Source of the DNA: Octopus bimaculoides
Taxonomy: Eukaryota
Direction: 5' to 3'
DNA length: 64,000 nucleotides
Assembly: GCF_001194135.2 (NCBI RefSeq)
Contig: NC_068987.1
Coordinates: 61,581,419 to 61,645,418 of the forward strand
The position numbers and the translations under genes were made by a program. The notes below the pieces were generated by a model that was not told the origin of the DNA, ran no database searches, and worked only from the letters and a program-made list of their open reading frames with translations. Below are positions 12,301 through 25,599 of this stretch, piece after piece (positions within the stretch are counted from its first letter, which is position 1; each line of letters starts with the position of its first letter).

Positions 12301-15300
12301 AACCATCACATGATATTAAAACCAGGGCACCCAATTAACACACACACACGTGCACGCGCGCACACACACACACACACACATACACACACACACACACTAG
12401 GTTTTTTCAGTTTCTGTTTACCAATCTACCAAATCCACTTATCAGGCTTTGGTTGACCCAGGGCAAGAGTGCCACACAGTAGGATCGGACCTGAGACCAC
12501 ATGGTTGGAAAGCAAGTTTCTTCAACCATACAGCCACACCTGCATGTATAAATCAGAAGTGAAAACCAGGGAATTTAAAAGATGCAAAGTGTAGTAGCCT
12601 TGTCCAGCACAGCAGGATTATCTATTAGACTGGCTACAGTGAATTAAGCCTGTAAATGTATTGATTATTGTTTCAGAGCAAAGGGAATGAGCTATATAAG
12701 GATTAACCATTTCAAAAGAATCAGGAAGTTCAAGATTTTTTTTTTAGAAGTGGTAAAAATAAGATTAGCACTTAAAGACCAGGTAATAATCTATTGTAAA
12801 AATCTGTGGTTAGTTTGTATATTCATGAGTTATCAGTTTGTCAGTGCTGTAATTGTTTAATCCTTTAACATTCAAAATACTCTCCCAAATGTAATGTTTA
12901 TTTATTCATATTGTTGTTTTGGATTAATCATGCATTGTCATGTAGCTTTGAAATTTTGATGGTGTGATTATTTATTTTTTGAGTGACATTTTATTTTTGT
13001 TTCTCACCTATCTCTCGATACTATGTTAAAACTCCCTACAGTGTTATTTATCAATGATTTATGGTTAAAATGTCACACAAGATTAGACTAATTCATAGTA
13101 TTTGGCTAAGATAGATGCAGTATAGTTGTAGTGGTGGTAGGTGGCGGCAGTGATAGTAGTAGTACTACCACCACCACTGTTACCACATATACTAATAAAC
13201 TGAGGTGACTGAGGACAGTATTGTGGATTATGTCTTAGTATACTGTACCTTTGTAAGCTTGGTGCTTTAGTTTTGTCGGTTGTGAGTTAAGTGTATTTTT
13301 CGGAGAGAGGGCACAGGGTATAAACATGTTGACCTTATTGACTCTCCTAAAGATCTTTGAATACCTTAGCCAAAAAATAAAAAAAGAAGAAAGAATGAGA
13401 CCTGGTAAATTATCTGACGATGCTGGGAACTATTCACTTATATTTTTTTTTCATTTGATTTGTTATTTAACTGGATTATGTGTGGTGAGGCTTTTTTTTT
13501 TATAGTATTTCTTAGAAATAAAGACATTGATTATTCCTCTTGCAAACTTCCTTTCATACAAATAAATCTCTCTCTTTATATTAAAAGTAATTATTCATTT
13601 CAGCTGATGACTGATTCTTGGTCTTTAAGTGTTATCATCAATCTTTTATCCATAAGATTACTTCCCAACCACATGGTTCTGGGTTCAGTCCTCCTGCAAT
13701 GCACCTTGAGCAAGNNNNNNNNNNGAAGGGCATCCAGCCTTAGAAACAAAGTCAAAATAGACTATGGAATCTGGAGTGGCTCCTGGCCTTGCCAGTTCCT
13801 GTCAAGCCGTCCAGTCCATGCCAGCATGGAAAATGGAAGTTAAATGATGATGATGACGATGAAGATAATTGTAATTAGAGGCTATGCCCTATGCGTATAT
13901 GAAATCTTTCAGTGCTCATCATTAAGCAATTTCATTATTTCTTGATTCACACACATAGCATACATAAAACAAATTATAAGCTTTATACACACACACACAC
14001 ACACACATTCATCAATTTGTTTTGCAAGATTCCTGATGTGAAATCGTGTGTTGAAACAGATATTGTTATATTTTGGGATGGTCAATTTTTTTTCTTTTGT
14101 CAAATAAACACACGCACTATATATATTTTTTTCTTCACTCATTTATTACTGTTCTTATTTTATTATTTTAGCTCATGTCCATTGTCCAGAAATCTTTTGT
14201 CACACATCTGTGACCTCTTCAGTGACGAAAGATTTCTGGACAATGGACGTGAGTTAAAATAATAAAATAAGAACAGTAATAAACAAATGGAAAAAAATAT
14301 ATATGTAGTGTGTGTATTTATTTGGAGAAAAAAAAACAAAAACGACCATCCTGAAATACAAATACAAATATATATATATATGTATATGTATATATACATA
14401 TATATATATATGTATATATATATGTATATATATATATATATATANNNNNNNNNNNNNNNNNNNNNNNNNNNNNNNNNNNNNNNNNNNNNNNNNNNNNNNN
14501 NNNNNNNNNNNNNNNNNNNNNNNNNNNNNNNNNNNNNNNNNNNNNNNNNNNNNNNNNNNNNNNNNNNNNNNNNNNNNNNNNNNNNNNNNNNNNNNNNNNN
14601 NNNNNNNNNNNNNNNNNNNNNNNNNNNNNNNNNNNNNNNNNNNNNNNNNNNNNNNNNNNNNNNNNNNNNNNNNNNNNNNNNNNNNNNNNNNNNNNNNNNN
14701 NNNNNNNNNNNNNNNNNNNNNNNNNNNNNNNNNNNNNNNNNNNNNNNNNNNNNNNNNNNNNNNNATATATATAGTCCCGCTGGACTGTCTCCTGTGCAGG
14801 TGGTACGTAAAATACACCATTTTTAGCGTGGCTGTTGCCAGTACTGCCTGACTGGCCTTCGTGCCGGTGGCACGTAAAAGCACCCACTACACTCTCAGAG
14901 TGGTTAGCGTTAGGAAGGGCATCCAGCTGTAGAAACTCTGCCAAATCAGATTGGAGCCTGGTGTAGCCATCTGGTTCACCAGTCCTCAGTCAAATCGTCC
15001 AACCCATGCTAGCATGGAAAGCAGACGTTAAACGATGATGATGATGATGATATGTATAAATGTTTGGTGTTATTAATAAACATTATCTAAGATAATTCTT
15101 TCTTCTAAGTTTGTTGCTAATCTTGATTATTTAACACGTCAATCATAATACAGCCACAACCAAACTCTATTCTACAAAACTCTTGGAAGATGAGAAGAAA
15201 ATTTGGTAGCTTACCTTTTACATTTTACGTGTTCTAGTCATTAGACTGCTGCCATGCTGGGGCACCACCTTCAAGAATTTTTAGCTGAGTGAATCGACCC

Positions 15301-18300
15301 CAGTACTTATATTTTTAAAACCTGGTACTTATTGTATCGATCTCTCTTGTCAAACCATCAATTTACGGGGACGTAAACACACCAGCACCGGCTGTGAAGC
15401 GGTGATGGGGACAAATGCACACACATACACACTTATACATACATAAAGCTGAACATTAGAAGCATCAGTTGTGGTGTGCAAGAGAGACGATTGCGCTGGT
15501 ATGGACATGTGGTGAGAATGGATGAGGATAGTTGCGTGAAAAAGTGCCACACCCTAACAGTTGAGGGAACCCGTGGAAGAGGTAGGCCCAGGAAGACCTG
15601 GGCTGAGGTGGTGAGGCAAGACCTTCGTACATTGGGCCTCACCGAGGCGATGACTACTGACCGAGACCTTTGGAAATGTGCTGTGCGTGAGAAGACCCGG
15701 CAAGCCAAGTAAGATCGTTGCCAGTGCCCCTGGACTGGTTCTTGTGCGGGTGGCACATGAGATGCACCATTTNNNNNNNNNNNNNNNNNNNNNNNNNNNN
15801 NNNNNNNNNNNNNNNNNNNNNNNNNNNNNNNNNNNNNNNNNNNNNNNNNNNNNNNNNNNNNNNNNNNNNNNNNNNNNNNNNNNNNNNNNNNNNNNNNNNN
15901 NNNNNNNNNNNNNNNNNNNNNNNNNNNNNNNNNNNNNNNNNNNNNNNNNNNNNNNNNNNNNNNNNNNNNNNNNNNNNNNNNNNNNNNNNNNNNNNNNNNN
16001 NNNNNNNNNNNNNNNNNNNNNNNNNNNNNNNNNNNNNNNNNNNNNNNNNNNNNNNNNNNNNNNNNNNNNNNNNNNNNNNNNNNNNNNNNNNNNNNNNNNN
16101 NNNNNNNNNNNNNNNNNNNNNNNNNNNNNNNNNNNNNNNNNNNNNNNNNNNNNNNNNNNNNNNNNNNNNNNNNNNNNNNNNNNNNNNNNNNNNNNNNNNN
16201 NNNNNNNNNNNNNNNNNNNNNNNNNNNNNNNNNNNNNNNNNNNNNNNNNNNNNNNNNNNNNNNNNNNNNNNNNNNNNNNNNNNNNNNNNNNNNNNNNNNN
16301 NNNNNNNNNNNNNNNNNNNNNNNNNNNNNNNNNNNNNNNNNNNNNNNNNNNNNNNNNNNNNNNNNNNNNNNNNNNNNNNNNNNNNNNNNNNNNNNNNNNN
16401 NNNNNNNNNNNNNNNNNNNNNNNNNNNNNNNNNNNNNNNNNNNNNNNNNNNNNNNNNNNNNNNNNNNNNNNNNNNNNNNNNNNNNNNNNNNNNNNNNNNN
16501 NNNNNNNNNNNNNNNNNNNNNNNNNNNNNNNNNNNNNNNNNNNNNNNNNNNNNNNNNNNNNNNNNNNNNNNNNATATATATATATATATAAAACAAATAA
16601 TAAATGAGTATATGCATATATACGTACAGGTATGTGCATACCTACGCCTACCTGTATATATAGGTGCATATCTGGGTACAGGACATTGCAAACAAAACGT
16701 AGACAAAAAAATAATAATAACCAGAGTACAGAATACACACAGGCCACATAGAGAACATTTTCCTTCATCAGCTACCCCCATTCTAACACAGGCGTTCGAT
16801 ATTTATTTATTTATTTTATAGTACGCTATAAGAAATTACACAAGACAGATAACTCTTGAACCCAATTACAAAGTTATCTCCCTTGAAATATTTGTATTTC
16901 TACTCTCACGGATAGCGAAAGTCGTAAATTTTTTGCACCTGCTTAAAACAGCGAATCAGACCTTTGATAAATTTCTCACTAGTCATGAATATCTTCATGT
17001 TTGCTTTAACTAGAACGAGAAATAGGTATAATCTATCTGCTTTTTTCCAATACGTTGTGCTGCACCTGAGTACTCCATTCAAGTAATTTACTGAGCTAGC
17101 AGAATTGATAGCAAGTCGGATAAAATGCATAGCGATGTTTCCTCCAGCTCTTAACGTTCTAAGCTCAAATCTCGCCAAGGTTATAATTTTCTTTCATCCT
17201 TTCGAGGCCAATTTAATAAAGTACCAATTAAGTACCCTCCACTCAAAATTACTGGCCTAGTGCCAAAATTCTAGAGGACGATTATTATTATTAAGGCGGT
17301 AAGCTGGCAGAATCGTTAGCACGCTAGGCAAAATGCTTGGTCGCTTTTCGTTCGTCTTTACGTTCAGAGTTCAAATACTGCCGAGGTTGACTTTGCCTTT
17401 CATCCTTTTGGAGTTGATAAATTAAGTACCAGTGAAACACTAGGGTTGATGTAATCAACTTAACACCTCCCTCCGAATTTTAGGCTTTGCACTTTTAGTA
17501 GAAAGGATTATTATTATTAAGGCAGCAAGCTGGTAGAATCATTAGCATGCTGGACAAAATGCTTAGCGATGTTTTATTCATTTTTATGTTCTGAGTTCAA
17601 ATTCCACTGAAGTCAACTTTGCCTTTCAAAACTCTGGGATGAATTCATTTGACTAAAACATTCTTTGAGGTGCTGCCCCAGCATGGCTGCAGTCAAATGA
17701 CTGGAACAAGTTAAAGATAAAAGATATATCAGTGGATAAATGTTTACTATGTTAAGAGAATTAGCATATATGTCAATGATAATTCTGTTAGCATTGAAAA
17801 TATTTCTTCATTAACATGCCATCTGATGATTGTCTTTCCAGCAACAAATGTGAAGTAATGGTAAAATAATCAGCTGTAACAATAATGTAAATATATATGT
17901 AGGAAGAAATTTGTGTGACTTGATATGATAAACTAAAGGCTAAATGTTAAACTTTTAATGTTTTAATCATACCAAATTCCTTCTGGTTCATTTATTGCCA
18001 GTTTGAAAACTCAGCAAGGATTATTGGTTGATTTTGGTTCCTTTCCCCAGAAAGTGGTTGAACTCCTGAATTTATGTTTATTAGAAGAAGATAAAGAAGT
18101 CCCCAAGTAAGTTGTAAAACCTCATTTATAGTTTTTATTAAATCTTTGAAATAGAATCAAGTATTGATTTATGATTTATTTAACATGTAACATGCACAAA
18201 TGTTTAAGCGACTTCTTTCAAGTATATCTTTTTGGTGGTAGCAAAAAAAAAAAGGTGTTCGTTTAAATCTTTAAATGCACCTTCATTACATTTACCATAA

Positions 18301-19460
18301 TAGAGTAGAAAAGAAGAGACTGTCAGGGATTAGTACTTAAGACTTTGATTTTTAGTTTTAAGGTTAGCATATTTTATGGTAAGTATATTTGTATCTTCAA
18401 GTGTATCTTGAAAAATAACCAAATGCCCAATGGCAGCACTAGTGGATGAAGATCTATGATCTCAATGATTATACTGGTAGCAGAGGGTAATGTCAAAAAG
18501 ACAAGTCAAACTGCATCAGAGGCATTTCCTTGTTGAAGAAAGAAGTACTTGAAAATGAGAAGGAGCCACTACTGCTAATTATGTGTCTGCCTTCATTATG
18601 GGTCTGGAGAAAGCAACTCAGAAACATTTCAGAGAATCTCTGTCCTAATCATTACATGGAGTATCTTGAATGGTTCCCAGGAAACATAGTTGACCACTGG
18701 CCTTGTGTTCTATCTTGCCTAAATTATACACACTAATTGTTGACTAATATTGTCTAATTATCATGAGGTTTCATCATATGCTGACATGGGCTGGATGGCT
18801 TGATGGGAGCTGGCGAGGCCAGGAGTCATACTAGGTTCCATAGTCTGTTGTAGTAGTTAATCTTGTAGCCCTGTTAGTAGGTTATTGGTGTAATTCAAGG
18901 TGCTGCTGGTACCCCCCCCCCCAAAAAAAAAAAAACCAAGGCCATTTAACTGATTGATAAAGGTTCATTCACCTATGTTACCACTGTTAGCTCATGCTTT
19001 TGTTGTTTCTTCTCTTTGCCCCTTATAGCAATTCTAGCCCGGCTACTTTTTTTTTTTTTTAACTAGCCATCCTCTTTAACTGGACCTACTTCTTCTGCTC
19101 CTGTCCTATTTTTAATATGTTTTACCTCCTAGACACCACTAAACACTGTCTATTCCTTCTATCTCAGAATTACAATCTCATGGAATTCTCTTCTAACCTA
19201 TATTTTCCTTAGAGACATCGAACTACAGATATTCAACATCAACCGCATTAATTTGTGAGACTGCAGAAGTCATGGAAATTGACCTAATTACTCTGATTAT
19301 TTTGTAGTAGTAGTAGTCGTAGTAGTAGTAATAATCCTTTCTGCTTAGGGTACAAGGCTTGAATTTCAGGGGTGGGGTCTAAGTCAATTACATCAATCCC
19401 TGTCTTCAACTGGTATTTATTTTATCAACCCAGAAAGGATGAACGGCAAAGTCACCCTTG

Positions 19461-19512
<52 letters not shown>

Positions 19513-22500
19513 TAAGGCAGTGAACTGGCAGAATTGTTATACTGGGTGAAAATGCTTAGTACTACGTTCTGAGTTCAAATTCTGCTGAGGTCGACTTTGC
19601 CTTTCCTCCTTCTGGAGTCAATAAAATAAGTACCAGTTAAGCACTGGGATGATGTAATTAACTACCCCCCCCACTTCTCTGAAATTATTGGCCTTGTGCT
19701 AAAATTAGGGCATCCAGCTGTAGAAACTCTGCCAGATCAGATTGGAGCCTGGTGCAGCCATCTGGCTCGCCAGTCCTCAGTCAAACTGTCCAACCCATGC
19801 CAGCATGGAAAGCGGATGTTAAACAATGATGATGATGATAAATTTTTGCCTATTTCCTCGAGAGTGAGCATTGTAGAACATGTCAAATTGAATCCAATAG
19901 ATGTTTTCAGTTCCCAGTGCCATAAATTCTTTCAGTGATTTTTCATTTAGAATTTAAACACTTTTGTTATTGATTTTGTTATAGTTGTATAACATTGGGC
20001 GTTAGGCAGGGCATCCAGCTTTAGAAAACATGCCAGATCAGATTGGAATCTGGTACAGTTCCTCAGCTTGCCAGCTCTGGTCAAACCATCCAACTCATGC
20101 CAGCATGGACAATGGATGTTAAATGATGATGATAATGATGATGTATTCTACCACTTGCCTGTAAATGGAGGTTGAATTCTGGTTGGCTCCAGTATCTCTT
20201 GGTGAAACTACACTGCACTGGTTTCTTATTAACTCCTCTGAGCCCACTGGAGAGGACTTGCAGTGTAAGATAAGGAAACACTTATTTAACTATACAGTAC
20301 TCTTCCTGATTATCCTTGAGCTATATTTAGCACACACACATTCATATATCTAGTGTACCATTTGTAACTAAATGACTTGGGGCCTCAGATGCATATCAGT
20401 TTCAGCTATGTATCTGATGGTGTAAATTTTAGCCAAATATGATCTCTATGTATGTTTGTCTCATTATTGATTTTTTTATTAATATTAAAGGCTATTTTTC
20501 TGTTTTTGCTTAGATTCATTTTGCAGCTATTGAATCAAGGTGGAGTGAATCAAATTCGGCCGATAGCTGTTTTAAATATTGTTGAGACCAATCCATTTAA
20601 ACATTTGACTCACCTTTCATTGAAGTTTCTACCTGGACAAGATAGCGATGTGAAAAAATATCTTGCTGATTGCTTGAAGCAGCTAAAGGTACTGTTTATC
20701 CTGCTGTTTTCTTAACATTGGTATAACTACATAATTCAGCGCTTGGAAGTCTCAGTGGATAGGCTGCATATGTGTGCAGAAGCAATGTGTTCACATCTCA
20801 TTGTTACTTTATTTCTTGATTAAAGGTTAAGGTTTGACTTGATTTGAACTTGTCTCTTAGTTTAATCCTTTAGCTTTTAAATAACTCTTGTCAAGTGTAA
20901 TAATTGTTTATTCTCATTCTTCTGAATTAATCATGTACTAACTTGTAGCTTTGTGTTGTGATTTTGATGATGTGATTGTTTATTTTTAGAATGACATTGT
21001 AGGGTTGGTGTGAGATGCTGGATCTGGCTGATTTGAACGGGCTGTATATGGTCGGTTTAAATGCTAAATTCTAAAGGGTTAAGGCAGCATATCTGTTTAA
21101 GAATTTATGGGATTTGTAATTCTAACAAAGTCAATGAAGAGACCTTACAGTGGAGTCCTCTGGCATTCTCAGTCCCCAAACCACATCCCTGTTCACCACT
21201 ATCAGGGCAGAAGTGGCTATCTGCAAGTGTGAACCCTGTACATCTCCTTTGCCATCCTCCAGGGCAACGCCTTTTCCATTTTGTCTGCTGGGACCATGAG
21301 GTGGCATAGCTTAGTTTATCTGACTATAAATATCTACCCAAGTGAGGATTATCTCCCAACACCAAACAATAAAAGTTGTATAATTTGTCAGTTTCATTTG
21401 CTTGTCATGATGTGCACAATTTCTGACGTTAACATAGATAAGGCAATCTGTTATCTTTTTATTTGTGTCAGTTATTGAGTGTGACCTTCCTGGGGTACTG
21501 CCTTGAAGGGTTTTATTTGAATGAATGAACCCCAGTACTTTATTTTTTAAAGCCTGGTACTTATTCTGTTGGTCTCTTATGTTGAACTACTAAGTTATGA
21601 GGATTTAAATAAACTGACACCAGTTGTTAAAGTGGTGGTAGAAGACACACTACAAAAACGCGCTCACACAAATATGTACATATTTATATAAGTATGCAAC
21701 AGGCTTCTTTCAGTTTCCATCTACTAAATTTACTCATAAGGTTGGTCTGTGGCTACAGTAAAAAAACACTTGTACAAGGTGCCGTGCTGTGGGACCGAAC
21801 CTGGAGCCATGTGATTGGACAGAAAATGCCTGCACTTCATCATCCTCATCATCGTTTAATGTCTGTTTTCCATGCTGGCATCAATTGGACTGTTTGACTG
21901 GAGCTGGTAAGGCCAAGGGCCACACCAGGCCCCATTGTCTGTTTTGGCATGGTTTCTACGGCTGGATGCCTTTCCTAATACCAACCACTCCATGGAGTAT
22001 ACCAGGTGCTCTTAACGTGGCATCAGCACAAGAACTTTTTATATGGTACGAGCACTAGTAAAAAAAGAAAAGATTACCCCTTTAGTTTGTTCACCGATTA
22101 ATTGTTAACTGAAGATGGTAATCTTTTGTTGTGTTTCACTAAATAATTGCATTATGGAAAATACATTTACATGTTTAAAGTTTATAGCATTTTTATTATC
22201 AACTTATTTATAACTTTTTGTGTTAACTTTGTGTCTTTCATTCAGGAAACCAATGAATTATTACACCAGCGCCTGGAACACACAAACACTGACTTATCTC
22301 AACGTCTAAAACAGGCTGAAGAAGTTAGTCCATATACATTTTATTTTGGAAATTTTTTTTCAATTAAAATAGCTCCAGATCTAACACGTAACACTTATAC
22401 TCAATAAACTTCCCTTAGTACATACATCACCTGTGTGCTATTATGTCTAACACCATTACAGATGATATTATGCATCACTCCTCCTTAGTCTTTTGTACAT

Positions 22501-25500
22501 TCACTGCTTAAAAATTTTTCATGAAATCTTTCTTTATATTCATTGACCTTAAATTTGTTCAAGTTAAACATAAGCCACATCAGCCTCACTAACCTGGGAG
22601 GACCTGCAAAGATTGTGAGAGCAAATCTTAGTTCTCATTAGGTAAAAATTAAATTTTCTTTCTGTAGGAATATGAAGAAAACCTTTCAAGTGAAAAATTA
22701 AAAATGTTTGAAGTAACTGAATGACACACACACACAAGCACACACACACACACACACACGCACGCACACACACACACATCCATCTCATTTACATGGTATG
22801 TATTTGAATTTTACTTTGAATTGCAGAAACTATCAATAAGAACAACTGAACTGGAAAGTCTTAAAACTGAATGGACATGCAAAATTAATGAATTAACTGC
22901 TAATCATAAAGAAGAGCTGAGCCTTGAGAAAGAGCAATGTTTTGAGGTAAGACTCCCAAACACTCAAACTAATGAATCTGAAACGATTATCACAAAATGT
23001 CTTCTGTCTTAATATTTGAGATGATTTCTTGTTCCTTTAGCGAAGCCTTTGTTTTTTGTTATAATTTGATTTTCTCTTGAGGAAGAGGGATTGGGGGCAT
23101 AGCCATAAAGGATATGCCTGTATGTATGGATGGCTGCAGTTTTACTTAGCTTGTCATGTCTTCTCAAGTACAGCAAATCGCTACAAGTCCCAATCCCTTG
23201 TCATCTCTTCAGTGAGGCCCAGCGTCTGAAGATCCTTTCTCACCAATTTGTCCCATGTCTTCCTGAGTTCACCCCTTCCTCAGGTTCCCTCCACAATTAG
23301 AGATCGGCACTTCTTTAAGCAGCTGTTCTCATCCACGTGCATCACATGACCATACCAACATAGTCTTCTCTCTTACACACAACATCAATGCCACTTAGTT
23401 TTCCTTGTAAATCATTTACACTCTGTTGTATGTGCACACTGACATTACCCATCCAGCAGCACATGATGACTTCATTTCTTTCAAGCTTTTGCACGGCCTC
23501 TGTAATCACAGCCCATGTTTTACTGCCATGTAGCTTAGTTGTACAGACACAGGCATTGTACAATCTGCCTTTCACTCTATTAAATTTTGCTCTTAGGATG
23601 GCCAGTTGTTTTAAACATAGTCATTTTGCACTTAACCCTTTTGATATCAATCTGGCTGAAACTGGCTCTGGCTCTGTAGGACAAATGTCTTAAGTTCTGA
23701 ATTAAAATCTTCCACCAAACCTTAGTCACAATTTATGTTCCTAACACTAGCTTAATGATAACTAAGTTATTTTACTAAATTCTTTGTTATATTTAAAGTA
23801 ATTAAAAGAAGCACAGGATATCTCAAAATAAATACAATAATGAAAGGGTTAAAATATTAAAAAATGCCTTGCTTAGTGAGTGATAACTAGATCCGTTCAC
23901 CATTCTGTATAATGCATCATTTTTATGGCTTAGTGTTTTTACAACTTGTTTATAACAGTACCAACTAAATCATGAAGTGTTTCATAACCTTTGTATACAT
24001 TTATGTACAATAATTCATCAAGTTGGTGTTTTGAGAGATAAATCCTTGTGTAGGATGTTAGTCTATTATATTTTTTACTTGTTTTAGTCATTAGACTGTG
24101 ACCATGCTGGGGCACCACCTTGAAGAATTTTAGTCGAACTTATCAACCTCAGTACTTATTTTTTTGTGAAGCCTTGTGCTAATTCTGTTGGTTTCTCTGT
24201 CTCTTTTACGGGGACATGAACATACCATCATTGGTCGTCAAGCAGTGGTGGAGGACAGACACATAAACAAAGATGTACACACACATACAAACACACACAC
24301 AACGGGTTTCTTTCAGTTTCCATCTACCAAATCCACTCAGAAGACTTTGGTCGTCCTGAGGCTATAGTAGAAGCCGTTTGCCCAAAGTGTCATATTGTGG
24401 GACTGAACCTGAAATCATGTGGTTGGGAAACAAACTTCTTACCACACAGCCATACCTGCACCTATCATAGATAACATTTCCAGAAGATTTCATACAACAA
24501 CATCCTGAAGTGAGAACCTTTAAATGAAATGCTCAGTTGTGGACTGAAGCCCTGAGATAGTTATCAAATTGAGCTAAGTTAACGAAAGCTTGTAGATCAG
24601 GTCCAAACTCATGACCTCAACCAACCATCTATCTTACTTCTCTGTATCTATTCTATATTCTCCTCTTCAATTCTATTTCTCACTCTCCTTTATTTTATTT
24701 ATTTATTTATTTTGTGTTTCCAGATAAAGAACAGCTGTCAGTTGAAATTGGAGAATGAACGTAAAGAGCTTGAACAGTCTCATATGAGGATTGTAAAGCA
24801 GATGGAGGCAAAATTATTTGAAGCTGAATCCTCCAATAAAGTATGTATTTCTTGGTTTTAAACTTCAAAAATTCATCTGTTTTCTTGTTATTTCTCAAGC
24901 ATTTTAATTAGGGCTTTCATTGCTTTCTTTAACCCTTTAGCATTCAGATTATTCTGTCAAATGTTATGCATATTTATTCACACTTTTGAATTAATCGTGC
25001 ATTATCTCACAGCTTGCTGGTTCCCTGTGAAACCATCCTACCCATGCTAGCATGGAAAGCAGATATTAACTAATCATAAATAAATGACTGAAATAAACAG
25101 ATTTTGTGACAGGTTTCAGTTCCCAGTTATAATTGTTTCAATTTTGTCTTTATTTTCTTTGCTAACATTCTTGAGAAAGGTATTGATGTTACAGTATTAA
25201 TTCCCATAAGAATATACTCTTGGATGCTTATCATTGAACAAGATCTCATAATCCAAGATTTCAGTGGTTTATAATCAACATAATATTTCTTTATGTTCAT
25301 CTTTACCTTATAATATTTTTTACCTCACAATAATATCAAGCCAAGTGAAATCATTGTTGTGGCCAATGCCGGTGTCATATAATTGGTACTTGTGCCAGTG
25401 GCATGTAAAAAGCACCCATTACTCTTGGAGTAGTTAGTGTTAGGAAGGGCATCCAGCTGTAGAAGCCATGCCAAATCAGATTGGAACCTGGGGCAGCTCT

Positions 25501-25563
25501 CCAGCTTTCCAGTTCCAGTCAAACTTTCTAATCCATGCCAGCATGGAAAGCAGACACTAAATA

Positions 25564-25599
<36 letters not shown>

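Noticed and set aside
14254-16821. Long ORFs of 179-404 aa
   Set aside because: They run through N gaps and (TA)n; X-filled artefacts. Only the RTE piece at 15446-15712 is real coding remnant.
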